Below, in pieces: positions 7,555 to 16,052 of a DNA stretch of 64,000 nucleotides. The stretch's first letter is position 1. Each line of letters begins with the position of its first letter. The stretch is from positions 804 to 64,803 of the IMG/VR virus record IMGVR_UViG_3300045988_100160; one strand, 5' to 3'. The DNA comes from a virus. Both the position numbers and the translations under genes were made by a program. A model generated the notes under the pieces. It did no database searches. It saw only the letters and a program-made list of their open reading frames with translations, and was not told where the DNA came from.

Positions 7555-7977
7555 TTATTTTGTCGTGTATTCTTGCATTAAATCAGCCACAGAAATCCAT
7601 CTGTAGCCTGCACCAATGGCATTATACATCTGTACAAACACGGTATCAATTTCTTTATCAACACGCATATCACAGCCGACTAGATGGGTTGCACCATCTT
7701 TATTGCACACATATCTACTCATGTATTGAACTGCTGATAGCACTTGCTTATCAATATCCATATATTGCTCTTCGGCATCTGCCATGGCTTTAAATAGTTG
7801 GTTAATGTCGTAGTGACCGATGTATGTAAATTCGTTGGTAATATTGTGTATTGTATCGCAAGAGCCATCATCATATAAAATATAATAGTCACCATTCACA
7901 TCTATTCGACATATAATAATAGTAAATCCCTCATCATCAATATATATGTCTCCGACTGTTGTTTTATGTCTATCCAT
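7555..7977 (-). CDS. hypothetical protein
   Basis: Track ORF with an ACAGGAGG RBS. Confidence 0.6.
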   Translation of the reverse strand: MDRHKTTVGDIYIDDEGFTIIICRIDVNGDYYILYDDGSCDTIHNITNEFTYIGHYDINQLFKAMADAEEQYMDIDKQVLSAVQYMSRYVCNKDGATHLVGCDMRVDKEIDTVFVQMYNAIGAGYRWISVADLMQEYTTK

Positions 7978-8287
7978 TATCCTTGACCTCCTGTTCTAGC
8001 GTGTAATAAAATTGCTCCAAGAATTGGTCTACTTGATTAATTTCAAACCCAGTGTAAACATGATGTTCATAATCGACAAAACCCTCTGGGTGGTCTTCCC
8101 AAGAACACTCATACACAACTCGACCGTCTTTCAATCGTATCACAAACGCCTTATACATGAGTGTTAATGTTGCGTATTCATCATATGCGACCTCTTGGTT
8201 TGCAACGATTGTAAATTGCTTGTCGGTGTAATCATATGAGGAACCGTTTGTACTAGCCATCTGGAACATATGCATGATATCAAACAT
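7970..8287 (-). CDS. hypothetical protein
   Basis: Trimmed to ATG 8287, preceded by ACAGGTG. Confidence 0.55.
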   Translation of the reverse strand: MFDIMHMFQMASTNGSSYDYTDKQFTIVANQEVAYDEYATLTLMYKAFVIRLKDGRVVYECSWEDHPEGFVDYEHHVYTGFEINQVDQFLEQFYYTLEQEVKDNG

Positions 8288-8522
8288 TGTTAAACACCTG
8301 TAATCTTTCTTTAAGTGCATTTAGTAGTAAATGTAAGTTGGTCTCACAACAGTAGACAATCTTACGGTTTACAATCTCGCTTTTAAAGATGGTTGTTACA
8401 ATAAAGTGTCCGCCTTTAGTTAATGAGATTGTGCGGTACGTTTTTAGTGTTTCTTTGTAAATCAATGTTGGTTTGTCGTTGTAAATGAATACGTCACCAA
8501 TATGCAATTCTTTTTCTTGCAT
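8280..8522 (-). CDS. hypothetical protein
   Basis: Track ORF with a GAGGTG RBS. Confidence 0.55.
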   Translation of the reverse strand: MQEKELHIGDVFIYNDKPTLIYKETLKTYRTISLTKGGHFIVTTIFKSEIVNRKIVYCCETNLHLLLNALKERLQVFNNV

Positions 8523-8524
8523 AA

Positions 8525-8749
8525 TTACACCTCGTAATCTTCCTCGTAATCTGGTTCTTCTTCCTCGATGGCTTCAACGGTTATTTCTTCAACAGAACCA
8601 CTAGCATCATATTCGTAAGATGTTACATTGATGTCAAAGTAATCCGCAAGGTCAGATGCAATCTCATACGCTTCTTCTTCGCTATGGGCGGTAATCCGTG
8701 CTTCACCGTAGAATGTACCACTAAAGGTAACATTATAGACCTTTTCCAT
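8525..8749 (-). CDS. hypothetical strongly acidic protein
   Basis: Trimmed to ATG 8749. The C-terminus is EEEEPDYEEDYEV. Confidence 0.55.
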   Translation of the reverse strand: MEKVYNVTFSGTFYGEARITAHSEEEAYEIASDLADYFDINVTSYEYDASGSVEEITVEAIEEEEPDYEEDYEV

Positions 8750-8987
8750 TGTTTTTCTCACCCACTCCCATTAATCCAACGACCAACAAACAAATAACAA
8801 ACGCAAGTGTAATTTTGAGCGTGAACCATAGGACTGTCCATGCGATTGCCATGGTTACACCAGCGATACCAATAAGTGCCAATATAAAGGCAATCGCAAC
8901 GGCAAGCCATGATAGCTTTGCGACAACCGCAAGAACAATGATTGCAATCCCAAGAATTGCACCAAATAGTGATTCTAATACTTTCAT
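8733..8987 (-). CDS. small integral membrane protein (about 3 TM)
   Basis: The track ORF is almost entirely hydrophobic segments. Confidence 0.55.
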   Translation of the reverse strand: MKVLESLFGAILGIAIIVLAVVAKLSWLAVAIAFILALIGIAGVTMAIAWTVLWFTLKITLAFVICLLVVGLMGVGEKNNGKGL

Positions 8988-9005
8988 GTGTTAAGCTCCA
9001 TTTCT

Positions 9006-9671
9006 TTAATCATTAGATTTTTCTTCTAGCTCCTTGCGGACAGGTGTCTTTGGTTTCTTTTTATGTGTTGTAAAGTCGCAAGATACCTCGTGACAAGACT
9101 CACACATTCCAAGCGTTTGTAAATTCACCAAAGATGGATATAAGTAATTCAAGCGTTCAAAAATCGCTCGTGCCACTTGCTGATGTTCCGTGGATGCTCG
9201 CTTGCATAAACGCTTTGGTAAATACTCCATCCATGTGCGTAGAGAGCCACTCACAGTCATGGTAACATTAGTTGCCAAGGGTAAAACATAAGATGCAACT
9301 TGATATGGAACACCTGCTTTAACCAAACGGCGATATTCAAGAATTTGGTTCTCAATCAATTTATTCATGAGTTGACCCATATCGTCTGTAATCTCCGGAT
9401 GTTCCGTGGAATTAAACCATGTGGCATCGCCAAAGTCTGTACCTCGTGTAGACTTCACAGTAAAAGACAAGTGTCTGTGTCGTGTAATCTGTGCAAGACA
9501 TTTCTGTGACATTTCAATATCGAATGTCACCAATGTATGTTCTAATAGTGACAAATGTCCACTAGAGGTGGCTCGAATTAATGCATCCTCGGTTAATTCT
9601 TTACCATAGCATTGACCCATGGCATGAGTCGCTGTATTAAGTGGTGTATAGTTCTGTAGTTCTACCTGCAT
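9006..9671 (-). CDS. thyX: flavin-dependent thymidylate synthase ThyX
   Basis: The ThyX signature RHRHLSFTVKS (RHRxxS) is present, and the size (221 aa) is typical. Confidence 0.85.
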   Translation of the reverse strand: MQVELQNYTPLNTATHAMGQCYGKELTEDALIRATSSGHLSLLEHTLVTFDIEMSQKCLAQITRHRHLSFTVKSTRGTDFGDATWFNSTEHPEITDDMGQLMNKLIENQILEYRRLVKAGVPYQVASYVLPLATNVTMTVSGSLRTWMEYLPKRLCKRASTEHQQVARAIFERLNYLYPSLVNLQTLGMCESCHEVSCDFTTHKKKPKTPVRKELEEKSND

Positions 9672-9689
9672 ATGATACCTCCGTTACCG

Positions 9690-10025
9690 TTAAAACATTT
9701 GAATTGTAAACCATATTCCCATTACAATGTTAAAAATCGTGAGACCAAAGCACCAAGCCTTAAGCCATAAGATAAAACGCTTGTTTTTCTGTATCTCACA
9801 GTTAATCGCACGGAATTTTAATCTGTTGTCGATGTTCGTATCTCGAATTATCAAGATGGTATCATCTAAAGTTTTTCGCAACTCTTTGATACTTCGTGTG
9901 TTTGATAACGAGCGTTGATTAGCTGCGGTTTGACCGCTCACCAATAAATCGATAGCATGTGTCCGCTGCTTGACTTTAGTTTCCATTTGTAAGAATTTGT
10001 CCTGTAGTTTCTTTAGATAGCTCAT
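9690..10025 (-). CDS. coiled-coil protein with C-terminal TM anchor
   Basis: Trimmed to ATG 10025 after GGGAGG. The C-terminus is FILWLKAWCFGLTIFNIVMGIWF. Confidence 0.5.
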   Translation of the reverse strand: MSYLKKLQDKFLQMETKVKQRTHAIDLLVSGQTAANQRSLSNTRSIKELRKTLDDTILIIRDTNIDNRLKFRAINCEIQKNKRFILWLKAWCFGLTIFNIVMGIWFTIQMF

Positions 10026-10036
10026 TATTCCTCCCA

Positions 10037-10210
10037 TTAGCGGTAAACAACGGCATAATCGGCAGTACCACCATTAGCAAGACCGACTGTAAATACGGTG
10101 TGAAAGCACCAGCCATCTTCAAATAGTTCATTCAATTGTTCTTCTGTGGTACTAAGAGTGTGTGTATGTAATAATACGCATTTGTATTCTGTTGCATGTT
10201 TTAATTGCAT
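10037..10210 (-). CDS. small ORF (57 aa), below the track cutoff
   Basis: Hand translation gives MQLKHATEYKCVLL...ADYAVVYR, with an aACAGGAGAaaaaat RBS. Confidence 0.45.
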   Translation of the reverse strand: MQLKHATEYKCVLLHTHTLSTTEEQLNELFEDGWCFHTVFTVGLANGGTADYAVVYR

Positions 10211-10223
10211 ATTTTTTCTCCTG

Positions 10224-10607
10224 TTACACCGTCAACCAATAAATCAATGAACCGACATTAATTACAATAACCGCAATTAAATACCAAAAAATACGCTTAT
10301 GTGTTTTGCTCATTTGACTCTGTAAGTCGTCAACTCGTGCGGTCAATAAATCTATACGCTCTGTGTGCAGTTGTCCGACTTTTAATAGCGTTGAAATAGA
10401 CTTATGTAGACTAGAGATTGAATCTTGTTGAACATCTTGTTTTTTTGAAAGAACCTCAATTTGTTTATGGTGTTCATTAATAGTACTTGAGTACTCACCT
10501 AGCTGTAATGTCGTGGTTTGTAATGCTTCGTTATTTTTACCAACATTCTTTGCTAATGTTCCCATCGTTTCGTGTGTTCGTTGGTAAGCATCCATTAATT
10601 CTGCCAT
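10224..10607 (-). CDS. coiled-coil protein with C-terminal TM anchor
   Basis: Track ORF with an ACAGGAGG RBS. The C-terminus is IFWYLIAVIVINVGSLIYWL. Confidence 0.55.
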   Translation of the reverse strand: MAELMDAYQRTHETMGTLAKNVGKNNEALQTTTLQLGEYSSTINEHHKQIEVLSKKQDVQQDSISSLHKSISTLLKVGQLHTERIDLLTARVDDLQSQMSKTHKRIFWYLIAVIVINVGSLIYWLTV

Positions 10608-10822
10608 TAGTTATCCTCCTGTGTGATATGATAAAAACAATAGTGTGACCCATAGTCAATAGTGATACCCAACGGATTATGCATAATGCGATAATACGGC
10701 GGTGTAAAGCCATTGTAATGCCACCAATCTTTAATCGCCTTTAATGCATCGGCTTCGGTCTCAAATAGACCATGGTGTTTCGTTTCGTATGTTCGTGTGT
10801 CTTGCCACTCAAGTTTGTACAT
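10607..10822 (-). CDS. hypothetical protein
   Basis: Track ORF with an ACAGGAGG RBS. Confidence 0.55.
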   Translation of the reverse strand: MYKLEWQDTRTYETKHHGLFETEADALKAIKDWWHYNGFTPPYYRIMHNPLGITIDYGSHYCFYHITQEDN

Positions 10823-10911
10823 TAGTCCTCCTGTAGTTGTTTTACCATGTTTTTTAGTAACGCACTATTAGGTTTTAAAACACTAAGAGGAGCACAATAG
10901 CGTTTTTTGCT

Positions 10912-11328
10912 CTAGTCACAAGTTCTAACACCAATAAACTCAATTAAGTTTTCCCAATTGTGTGACTCGTTGCTATTAATGGTAACATAAGTGATGTCAA
11001 ATTTGCTGTCGTATAAATCAATAGTACAGCCCTCTAAAGACTTGAATAAGTGTAAATGTTTCTCAGCGGTCGGTAATGCTTTGCGATATAGTTCAAAGAT
11101 TTTAAACTCATAGGCTTCACTTAATGCATTAATACTGCTTTCTACATCAACTGTATGTCTGTGGGAATAATATTTATCGACAGGCTTTAATGGTCTACTA
11201 TCGTGAACTTCAAAAATATCACGGCTTGGATTGTAAACAATACATTCTGCCCCATGTACATAGTTTAGAAATACGACTGGTCTACCAAATACATCTTCAC
11301 ATAGCTCGCCTGCTACAAATTTACTCAT
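10912..11328 (-). CDS. hypothetical protein
   Basis: Trimmed to ATG 11328 after cACAGGAGAaaacaa. Confidence 0.55.
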   Translation of the reverse strand: MSKFVAGELCEDVFGRPVVFLNYVHGAECIVYNPSRDIFEVHDSRPLKPVDKYYSHRHTVDVESSINALSEAYEFKIFELYRKALPTAEKHLHLFKSLEGCTIDLYDSKFDITYVTINSNESHNWENLIEFIGVRTCD

Positions 11329-12019
11329 TTGTTTTCTCCTGTGCATTAAAAATCCGTTGTTTGGCAACATCAAAATACATTGGGTCTAACTCAATACCAA
11401 TGAAATCTCGACCCAATTCAACGGCTGCAACACCTGTTGTACCAGAACCCATAAATGGGTCAATAATGGTATATTCTTTTGGCAGAATACCAATAATGTT
11501 TTTCATTACTTGTAATGGCATCTGACATGGATGCACTGTTTTTTCTGCTGAGGTGTTCTTCACGATATTAATGTTCCACCAATCGTAAATCGGTGTGCCC
11601 TGTGAACCGTTTTCAATCAACCGTTTAATCCGTTTATCATTTGGGTTCTTATATGGTTGTAACACTTGTTTAAAGTCAGGTGTTACACCAAAGAACGCAA
11701 TGTCTCGGTGTTGCTTGCGGTTGTTTGAATTATATACCCATGATACCACTTTAGTTGGTGGTCTGTCAATATCAATCGCAAGTTGATACAGTTGTTCTGG
11801 ATAGTGAATAACAACAGATGGATGCGATGGATTGAACACCTGTTGCAACATCTGTCTATAATCTCCATCGCTCATTCTGTCGTGATAACCGTTGTAATGA
11901 TACCCAATGTTAAACGGAGGGTCTGACACGATGATATATGGTTTATTTTCCGCTTGCAATTGGGTTTTGATGGGTTGCAATATGGTTCGACAATCGCATT
12001 GATGTAGCTCAATCATCAT
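11321..12019 (-). CDS. beta-class DNA methyltransferase (N6-adenine or N4-cytosine)
   Basis: Motif IV SDPPF comes before motif I FMGSGTTG, which is the N6_N4_Mtase order. Start trimmed to the MMIELHQ methionines. Confidence 0.8.
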   Translation of the reverse strand: MMIELHQCDCRTILQPIKTQLQAENKPYIIVSDPPFNIGYHYNGYHDRMSDGDYRQMLQQVFNPSHPSVVIHYPEQLYQLAIDIDRPPTKVVSWVYNSNNRKQHRDIAFFGVTPDFKQVLQPYKNPNDKRIKRLIENGSQGTPIYDWWNINIVKNTSAEKTVHPCQMPLQVMKNIIGILPKEYTIIDPFMGSGTTGVAAVELGRDFIGIELDPMYFDVAKQRIFNAQEKTNE

Positions 12020-12407
12020 AGTCTTCCTCGAATAACATTTTTGCAATTTCTTCATCATAACTAAAGCCAAGTAGCCTTAAGATGTCGTCTTTGTCTTTTT
12101 CAGTAAAGTCTCTATGACCGTTTAGTTTGAGAGACAAATTTGTGAGACTAATTCCTAATAGGGATGCAACTTTACCGACACCCAAATTACGGTCTTTAAA
12201 CATTCCTCGCAACATTGTGTGTCGTTCTTGGTATCGTGTTCCAATGTCTACTTTGAGTCGTGCAAGGTATGTTTTGACATCTTCAATATCTTTAAAAGTG
12301 TCATCTTCTAATACATTTTGCAACTTTGACAGCAACACCGATGTTTCTTCAAACTTCTTGTAATCTTCTTCGATTACAACTCCATTAATTCGTACATGTG
12401 TTTTCAT
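12009..12407 (-). CDS. HTH DNA-binding protein
   Basis: Trimmed to ATG 12407 after GGAGGaatat. Helix-turn-helix-like segment VGKVASLLGISLTNLSLKLNG. Confidence 0.5.
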   Translation of the reverse strand: MKTHVRINGVVIEEDYKKFEETSVLLSKLQNVLEDDTFKDIEDVKTYLARLKVDIGTRYQERHTMLRGMFKDRNLGVGKVASLLGISLTNLSLKLNGHRDFTEKDKDDILRLLGFSYDEEIAKMLFEEDYDD

Positions 12408-12425
12408 ATATTCCTCCAATAGTTT

Positions 12426-12444
12426 GGGGCGAACGAGTCGCCCC
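12426..12444 (-). terminator. hairpin terminator after the YadA-like gene
   Basis: ggggcga-acgag-tcgcccc lies 9 nt after the stop at 12453. Confidence 0.55.
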
Positions 12445-12452
12445 ATCTTATA

Positions 12453-13748
12453 TTACTTACTTAATAAATTTTCCAACATTTCAACACGTTCTTTTAACTG
12501 TTGTAATTCATCTCGTTTAACATTTGTTGTTTTACCAACCTTAAAGTTTACAGATGCATTAGTTACAGAAGAAGAACCAAAAGACTGTCCAACGTAAAAC
12601 ATTACATTTTCATTCGGAGCGTAGAACGCACCCAATGCACCAGCGTTTGCATTTTTGTAATGTCCAAAGCCTGCACTAATAGAGAACTTATTATGTGCAT
12701 CGAAACCATTCCAATGTAATGCTCCTAAAGCAGATACAGATGCAATAGCTGCATTGGTGCCACGTTCTAATTGGTTTACTTTATTGGTAATATCACCCAA
12801 CATTTGTTGGCTTGAGTGCTCCAATGTGGTAATTCGGTTTTCATGGTTCATAGACACCTGTTTCAACGCTGAAATATCGCTTGTATGAGCGTTTTGAACA
12901 CGCTCTAGTGTATTTGTTCGTGCACCTAAATTTGTAATCGCTTGGTGGTTATCATTAATTAATGCCATTCCAGTACCAATGTCTGCCGCATTTTGACGGA
13001 TGCGATTATCAAATGTACTTACCGTTGTGCCAAGATTATAAATCTTGTTGCCGTTATTTGTAATTTCATCAATGGCTGCATACAACTGAGAACCATTGAC
13101 TGCATCTAAGGAATCTGTGGTAATACGACCAGCAGACACATTTTGTAATTGTCGGTTGTAATTGTGGATTGCACTATAGGTGGAAGATTGTGTAGCACCA
13201 AATGACACACTGGAGTTTGGACTGTCACCTGCGAACACATGAGTCGTGCCATTGATGTCCATTTGACTAAACGCAACAGGGTCAGATGTTTGAGAGTTTG
13301 TGCCAATTGCCACAGAGTTCTGTACTGGGGCACTTGCGTTGTTGCCAACAACCACAGCATCAATACCACGGACAACAGAGTGAGTACCAATGACAATTGA
13401 ACCTTGGTTGTCAACCGTGTTATTTGCACCGATTACAGTTTGTTCTTGGTGATTGCCAATGTAATTATTATAGCCAATTACAGAGGATTGATTCGCAGAT
13501 GTTGTACCATTGCCACCACCTAAGATGATATTATCGTTGCCATTCACAGTATTGTCACGACCCAATACAATCGTATTAGTACCATTCACAACTGTGTTTG
13601 CACCGATTGCAACACTATTATAACCTGTTGCTATAGGGTCAACCGCAGATGGTTCTAAAGAGCCAATCGCAACTGGGTTGGCGGACACACCCATAGTTGC
13701 CATTGCTAATACTGCGGAAATAATCATAGTTTTTGTTTTGTTTTTCAT
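12453..13748 (-). CDS. YadA-like trimeric autotransporter adhesin (signal peptide, head repeats, neck, coiled-coil stalk, beta-barrel anchor)
   Basis: Signal peptide MKNKTKTMIISAVLAMATMGVSA. Repeated NSVAIG/NTV..G head motifs. DAVNGSQLYA neck motif. C-terminal anchor-like strands ALGALHW...SISAGFGHYKNANAGALGAFY...VGQSF. Confidence 0.8.
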   Translation of the reverse strand: MKNKTKTMIISAVLAMATMGVSANPVAIGSLEPSAVDPIATGYNSVAIGANTVVNGTNTIVLGRDNTVNGNDNIILGGGNGTTSANQSSVIGYNNYIGNHQEQTVIGANNTVDNQGSIVIGTHSVVRGIDAVVVGNNASAPVQNSVAIGTNSQTSDPVAFSQMDINGTTHVFAGDSPNSSVSFGATQSSTYSAIHNYNRQLQNVSAGRITTDSLDAVNGSQLYAAIDEITNNGNKIYNLGTTVSTFDNRIRQNAADIGTGMALINDNHQAITNLGARTNTLERVQNAHTSDISALKQVSMNHENRITTLEHSSQQMLGDITNKVNQLERGTNAAIASVSALGALHWNGFDAHNKFSISAGFGHYKNANAGALGAFYAPNENVMFYVGQSFGSSSVTNASVNFKVGKTTNVKRDELQQLKERVEMLENLLSK

Positions 13749-13769
13749 TAGGTTTCTCCTGTTGTTTCA

Positions 13770-14027
13770 TTACAAGGTTTTGTTTAATTTCTGTAGATAA
13801 TCCAATAAGTCTTGCTTGGATGTTTTCTTGATTTGATACATATCCGTTGTTACCCAATCGGAACTACAGATGCATTTAGCACCCAAGGACTTCACACGCT
13901 TATGCCACTGGTCTGTACACAAGTACATCACGCCTTTTTTCATTCGTAGACATTGTGTCTGCGGCCAGTTGTGTCTGCGGATGCCCTTACCGTTTTCCAT
14001 TAATTCGTATGCTTCGTGGAACCGCAT
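13770..14027 (-). CDS. DUF2829-like (Tad2-type fold family) small protein
   Basis: The N-terminus MRFHEAYELMENGKGIRRHNW matches the remembered DUF2829 pattern F.EA...M..GK..RR..W. AAGGAG RBS. Confidence 0.5.
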   Translation of the reverse strand: MRFHEAYELMENGKGIRRHNWPQTQCLRMKKGVMYLCTDQWHKRVKSLGAKCICSSDWVTTDMYQIKKTSKQDLLDYLQKLNKTL

Positions 14028-14200
14028 TTACAACACTTCTCCTTTCTTGGGAATAAACATAAAATAACCACGCTTAAGAACATTGCCCCAAGCCATTCTT
14101 GGTTATTGAATACAAATGTTTGAATAAATGAACCACCCATCAGCAATAAACATGAGATGTCAATCATTCGTCTAATATCAAGTATTAATTGTTTGTCCAT
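14000..14200 (-). CDS. small membrane protein
   Basis: Track ORF with two hydrophobic segments and an AGGAAG RBS. Confidence 0.4.
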   Translation of the reverse strand: MDKQLILDIRRMIDISCLLLMGGSFIQTFVFNNQEWLGAMFLSVVILCLFPRKEKCCKCGSTKHTN

Positions 14201-14510
14201 TTTCTTCCTGACCTTTCTTTAATTCTTCTCGACCAATCTTTTGTAAAAATTTCCATGACTTGAACATTGTCTTATAGTCAAGATTGATATATGTTCTATT
14301 CTTTGGGTGCTTTGGACACGCCAAGTATATCCAATGTTCATTCGCTGACCTTAAATGTTGAAGTATTGGTATTGGCTTGGTTTTACATTTGTAACAACCA
14401 TCTGTTGTCTGACATCGGTCTAACACATCGTCAAACCCATCGCCATAGTTAATGAAATACTCTCGTTTTTTCGGCAGTTTGCGACCACCACCAAATCCAT
14501 TAGATGCCAT
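14178..14510 (-). CDS. hypothetical protein; first gene of a transcription unit
   Basis: Track ORF lying directly downstream of the consensus promoter at 14533-14561. Confidence 0.5.
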   Translation of the reverse strand: MASNGFGGGRKLPKKREYFINYGDGFDDVLDRCQTTDGCYKCKTKPIPILQHLRSANEHWIYLACPKHPKNRTYINLDYKTMFKSWKFLQKIGREELKKGQEENGQTINT

Positions 14511-14532
14511 GTCTCACCTGCTTTCTAATAAG

Positions 14533-14561
14533 ATAATATCATATAACTATGCTTATGTCAA
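14533..14561 (-). promoter_or_regulatory. sigma-70/sigma-A type promoter TTGACA-17-TATTAT
   Basis: -35 TTGACA at 14561..14556, a 17-nt spacer, and -10 TATTAT at 14538..14533, read on the minus strand. Confidence 0.7.
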
Positions 14562-14600
14562 TAACTTATTTTTAATAAACACAAGATTTTTACATATAAT

Positions 14601-14626
14601 AAAAAAGAGACCAACTATGTGGTCTC
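14601..14626 (-). terminator. rho-independent terminator
   Basis: gagacca-actatg-tggtctc followed by TTTTTT on the minus strand, just after the stop of 14668..14970. Confidence 0.75.
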
Positions 14627-14667
14627 CTGCGTTTTATTTGTTTGTGTCGTCTGCTAATTTGGCTTCA

Positions 14668-14970
14668 TCATAAGGTCTCCAATTCTAAAATCTGTTGTAA
14701 ATATTCCAAAACTACATCCAAAGATACTTTTGTGACATCCCCATCAGGTAACAACTGTGTACCATGGTAAATCACGCCATCTTTCAATAGTGCCAAACAA
14801 AAGACACCATCGTCTTCGGTATACTCGAATTGAATAACGGCTACATTATAACCATTGTTAAACGAGAACCACCACATCTGGCGTTCTTCATACATCATGT
14901 TTTTTGGTAGAATGGTCGTATATTTAAAACCATCGTGCTCTTGCAATTCTTTAATAATTGTTTTATCCAT
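14668..14970 (-). CDS. hypothetical protein
   Basis: Track ORF with an ACAGGAGG RBS. Confidence 0.55.
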   Translation of the reverse strand: MDKTIIKELQEHDGFKYTTILPKNMMYEERQMWWFSFNNGYNVAVIQFEYTEDDGVFCLALLKDGVIYHGTQLLPDGDVTKVSLDVVLEYLQQILELETL

Positions 14971-15064
14971 TGTTCCTCCTGTGTTAAAAACAATTTGTTT
15001 ACACCATTATAATACCATGGATGATTGCGTATGTCAACAACAAAATAAAAAAAGACGGAAGAAA

Positions 15065-15232
15065 TTAATCTTCCGCCATACGATAATGCCATAACGCACA
15101 ATCGTCTATTTCACAAGCCTGCACCTCAGCAAGAGTACCGCAACAACACTCTCTACATTTCTTGTGGATTGCTTCGAGCGGTGTCTTTGGTTTTGATGGC
15201 TTGCGTTTCTTTTTATTTGTTTTCTTTGGCAT
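15065..15232 (-). CDS. small basic Cys-rich protein (55 aa), below the track cutoff
   Basis: Hand translation gives MPKKTNKKKRKPSKPKTPLEAIHKKCRECCCGTLAEVQACEIDDCALWHYRMAED. The C..CCC....E...C....C pattern is a recurrent small phage protein type. Confidence 0.5.
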   Translation of the reverse strand: MPKKTNKKKRKPSKPKTPLEAIHKKCRECCCGTLAEVQACEIDDCALWHYRMAED

Positions 15233-16052
15233 GTTCAACTGCCTTTCGCAAGTGCTCTAATTCAAGAACACGGTCGATGTGGTCGTGTACTCGCATTTGT
15301 TTCTTGTTGCGTTCGCCAGATAATTCGACAATGGATGTACCACAATCATTTGGTCGATAACCCTTGTCTGCGGAATAACCGCCCCAACCAAGGAATGAAC
15401 CTGTTTGGACATCCAAGTGTTCAATTAAAGACCAAGCCTTGGCAATACGGTTGGGTTCTGCGACCATGGTTCTCTCGTAGGTTGTCTTATGTAGATGCTC
15501 GTAGAACGTAATATCGGTATGCAGCCATTCCATTTTATCAGGTTTCTTTGAGTTGTGCCACGTACCGATGACATACAGGTTCTTATTGACATTAAAGAAT
15601 ACCGATGCCATACCGTGGTAGAACGGAACACCTAATAGCTCAGCGAGCATCTGTTCTGGGATTAAACGGTTGTGTTTCAACGCTCGTTCATATCCATGGT
15701 TGCCACTTCGGCAGAACAAAATACGGTCTTTAATAGGTTCTAACAAGCGATACGCCGTAAGTACTTGGTCTCCACCATGTTCCGATTGTTCAAATACAGA
15801 TGATGCGGAACTCGTTGTTGCATTGTCTGTAGAGTCACCACCGATAATTAAATACAGATTGTCAATCGTTTTAACTTGAGAAATAAATTTCTCAAATGCT
15901 TCTCGATTGTGATAGATGTTGCCAACATGAATATCAGAAATATCTGCAATATATGCTCGCTCTGACTCCACTCGCACATCTATTTTATTCACATTTAGTG
16001 ATTGTTCAGCAATATTCAAATTCGTTTCTCCATATCTTTTAAACGTGTACAT
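15213..16052 (-). CDS. calcineurin-like metallophosphoesterase
   Basis: Motifs DIHVGN (DxH), GGDSTDN (GDxxD) and SGNHG (GNH) appear in the canonical order. Confidence 0.75.
   Translation of the reverse strand: MYTFKRYGETNLNIAEQSLNVNKIDVRVESERAYIADISDIHVGNIYHNREAFEKFISQVKTIDNLYLIIGGDSTDNATTSSASSVFEQSEHGGDQVLTAYRLLEPIKDRILFCRSGNHGYERALKHNRLIPEQMLAELLGVPFYHGMASVFFNVNKNLYVIGTWHNSKKPDKMEWLHTDITFYEHLHKTTYERTMVAEPNRIAKAWSLIEHLDVQTGSFLGWGGYSADKGYRPNDCGTSIVELSGERNKKQMRVHDHIDRVLELEHLRKAVEHAKENK

Noticed and set aside
7030-7581. 183-aa plus-strand ORF and similar long antisense ORFs (for example 34839..35468, 36047..36520, 37329..37739, 44443..44823, 50079..50444)
   Set aside because: They lie antisense to well-supported genes, lack RBSs and are Cys/Ser/Leu-rich. 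These are typical shadow ORFs.
13106-13857. Nested ORFs 13106..13429 and 13639..13857 within or next to the adhesin gene
   Set aside because: They are alternative frames of the repeat-rich YadA-like gene, with no independent start signals.
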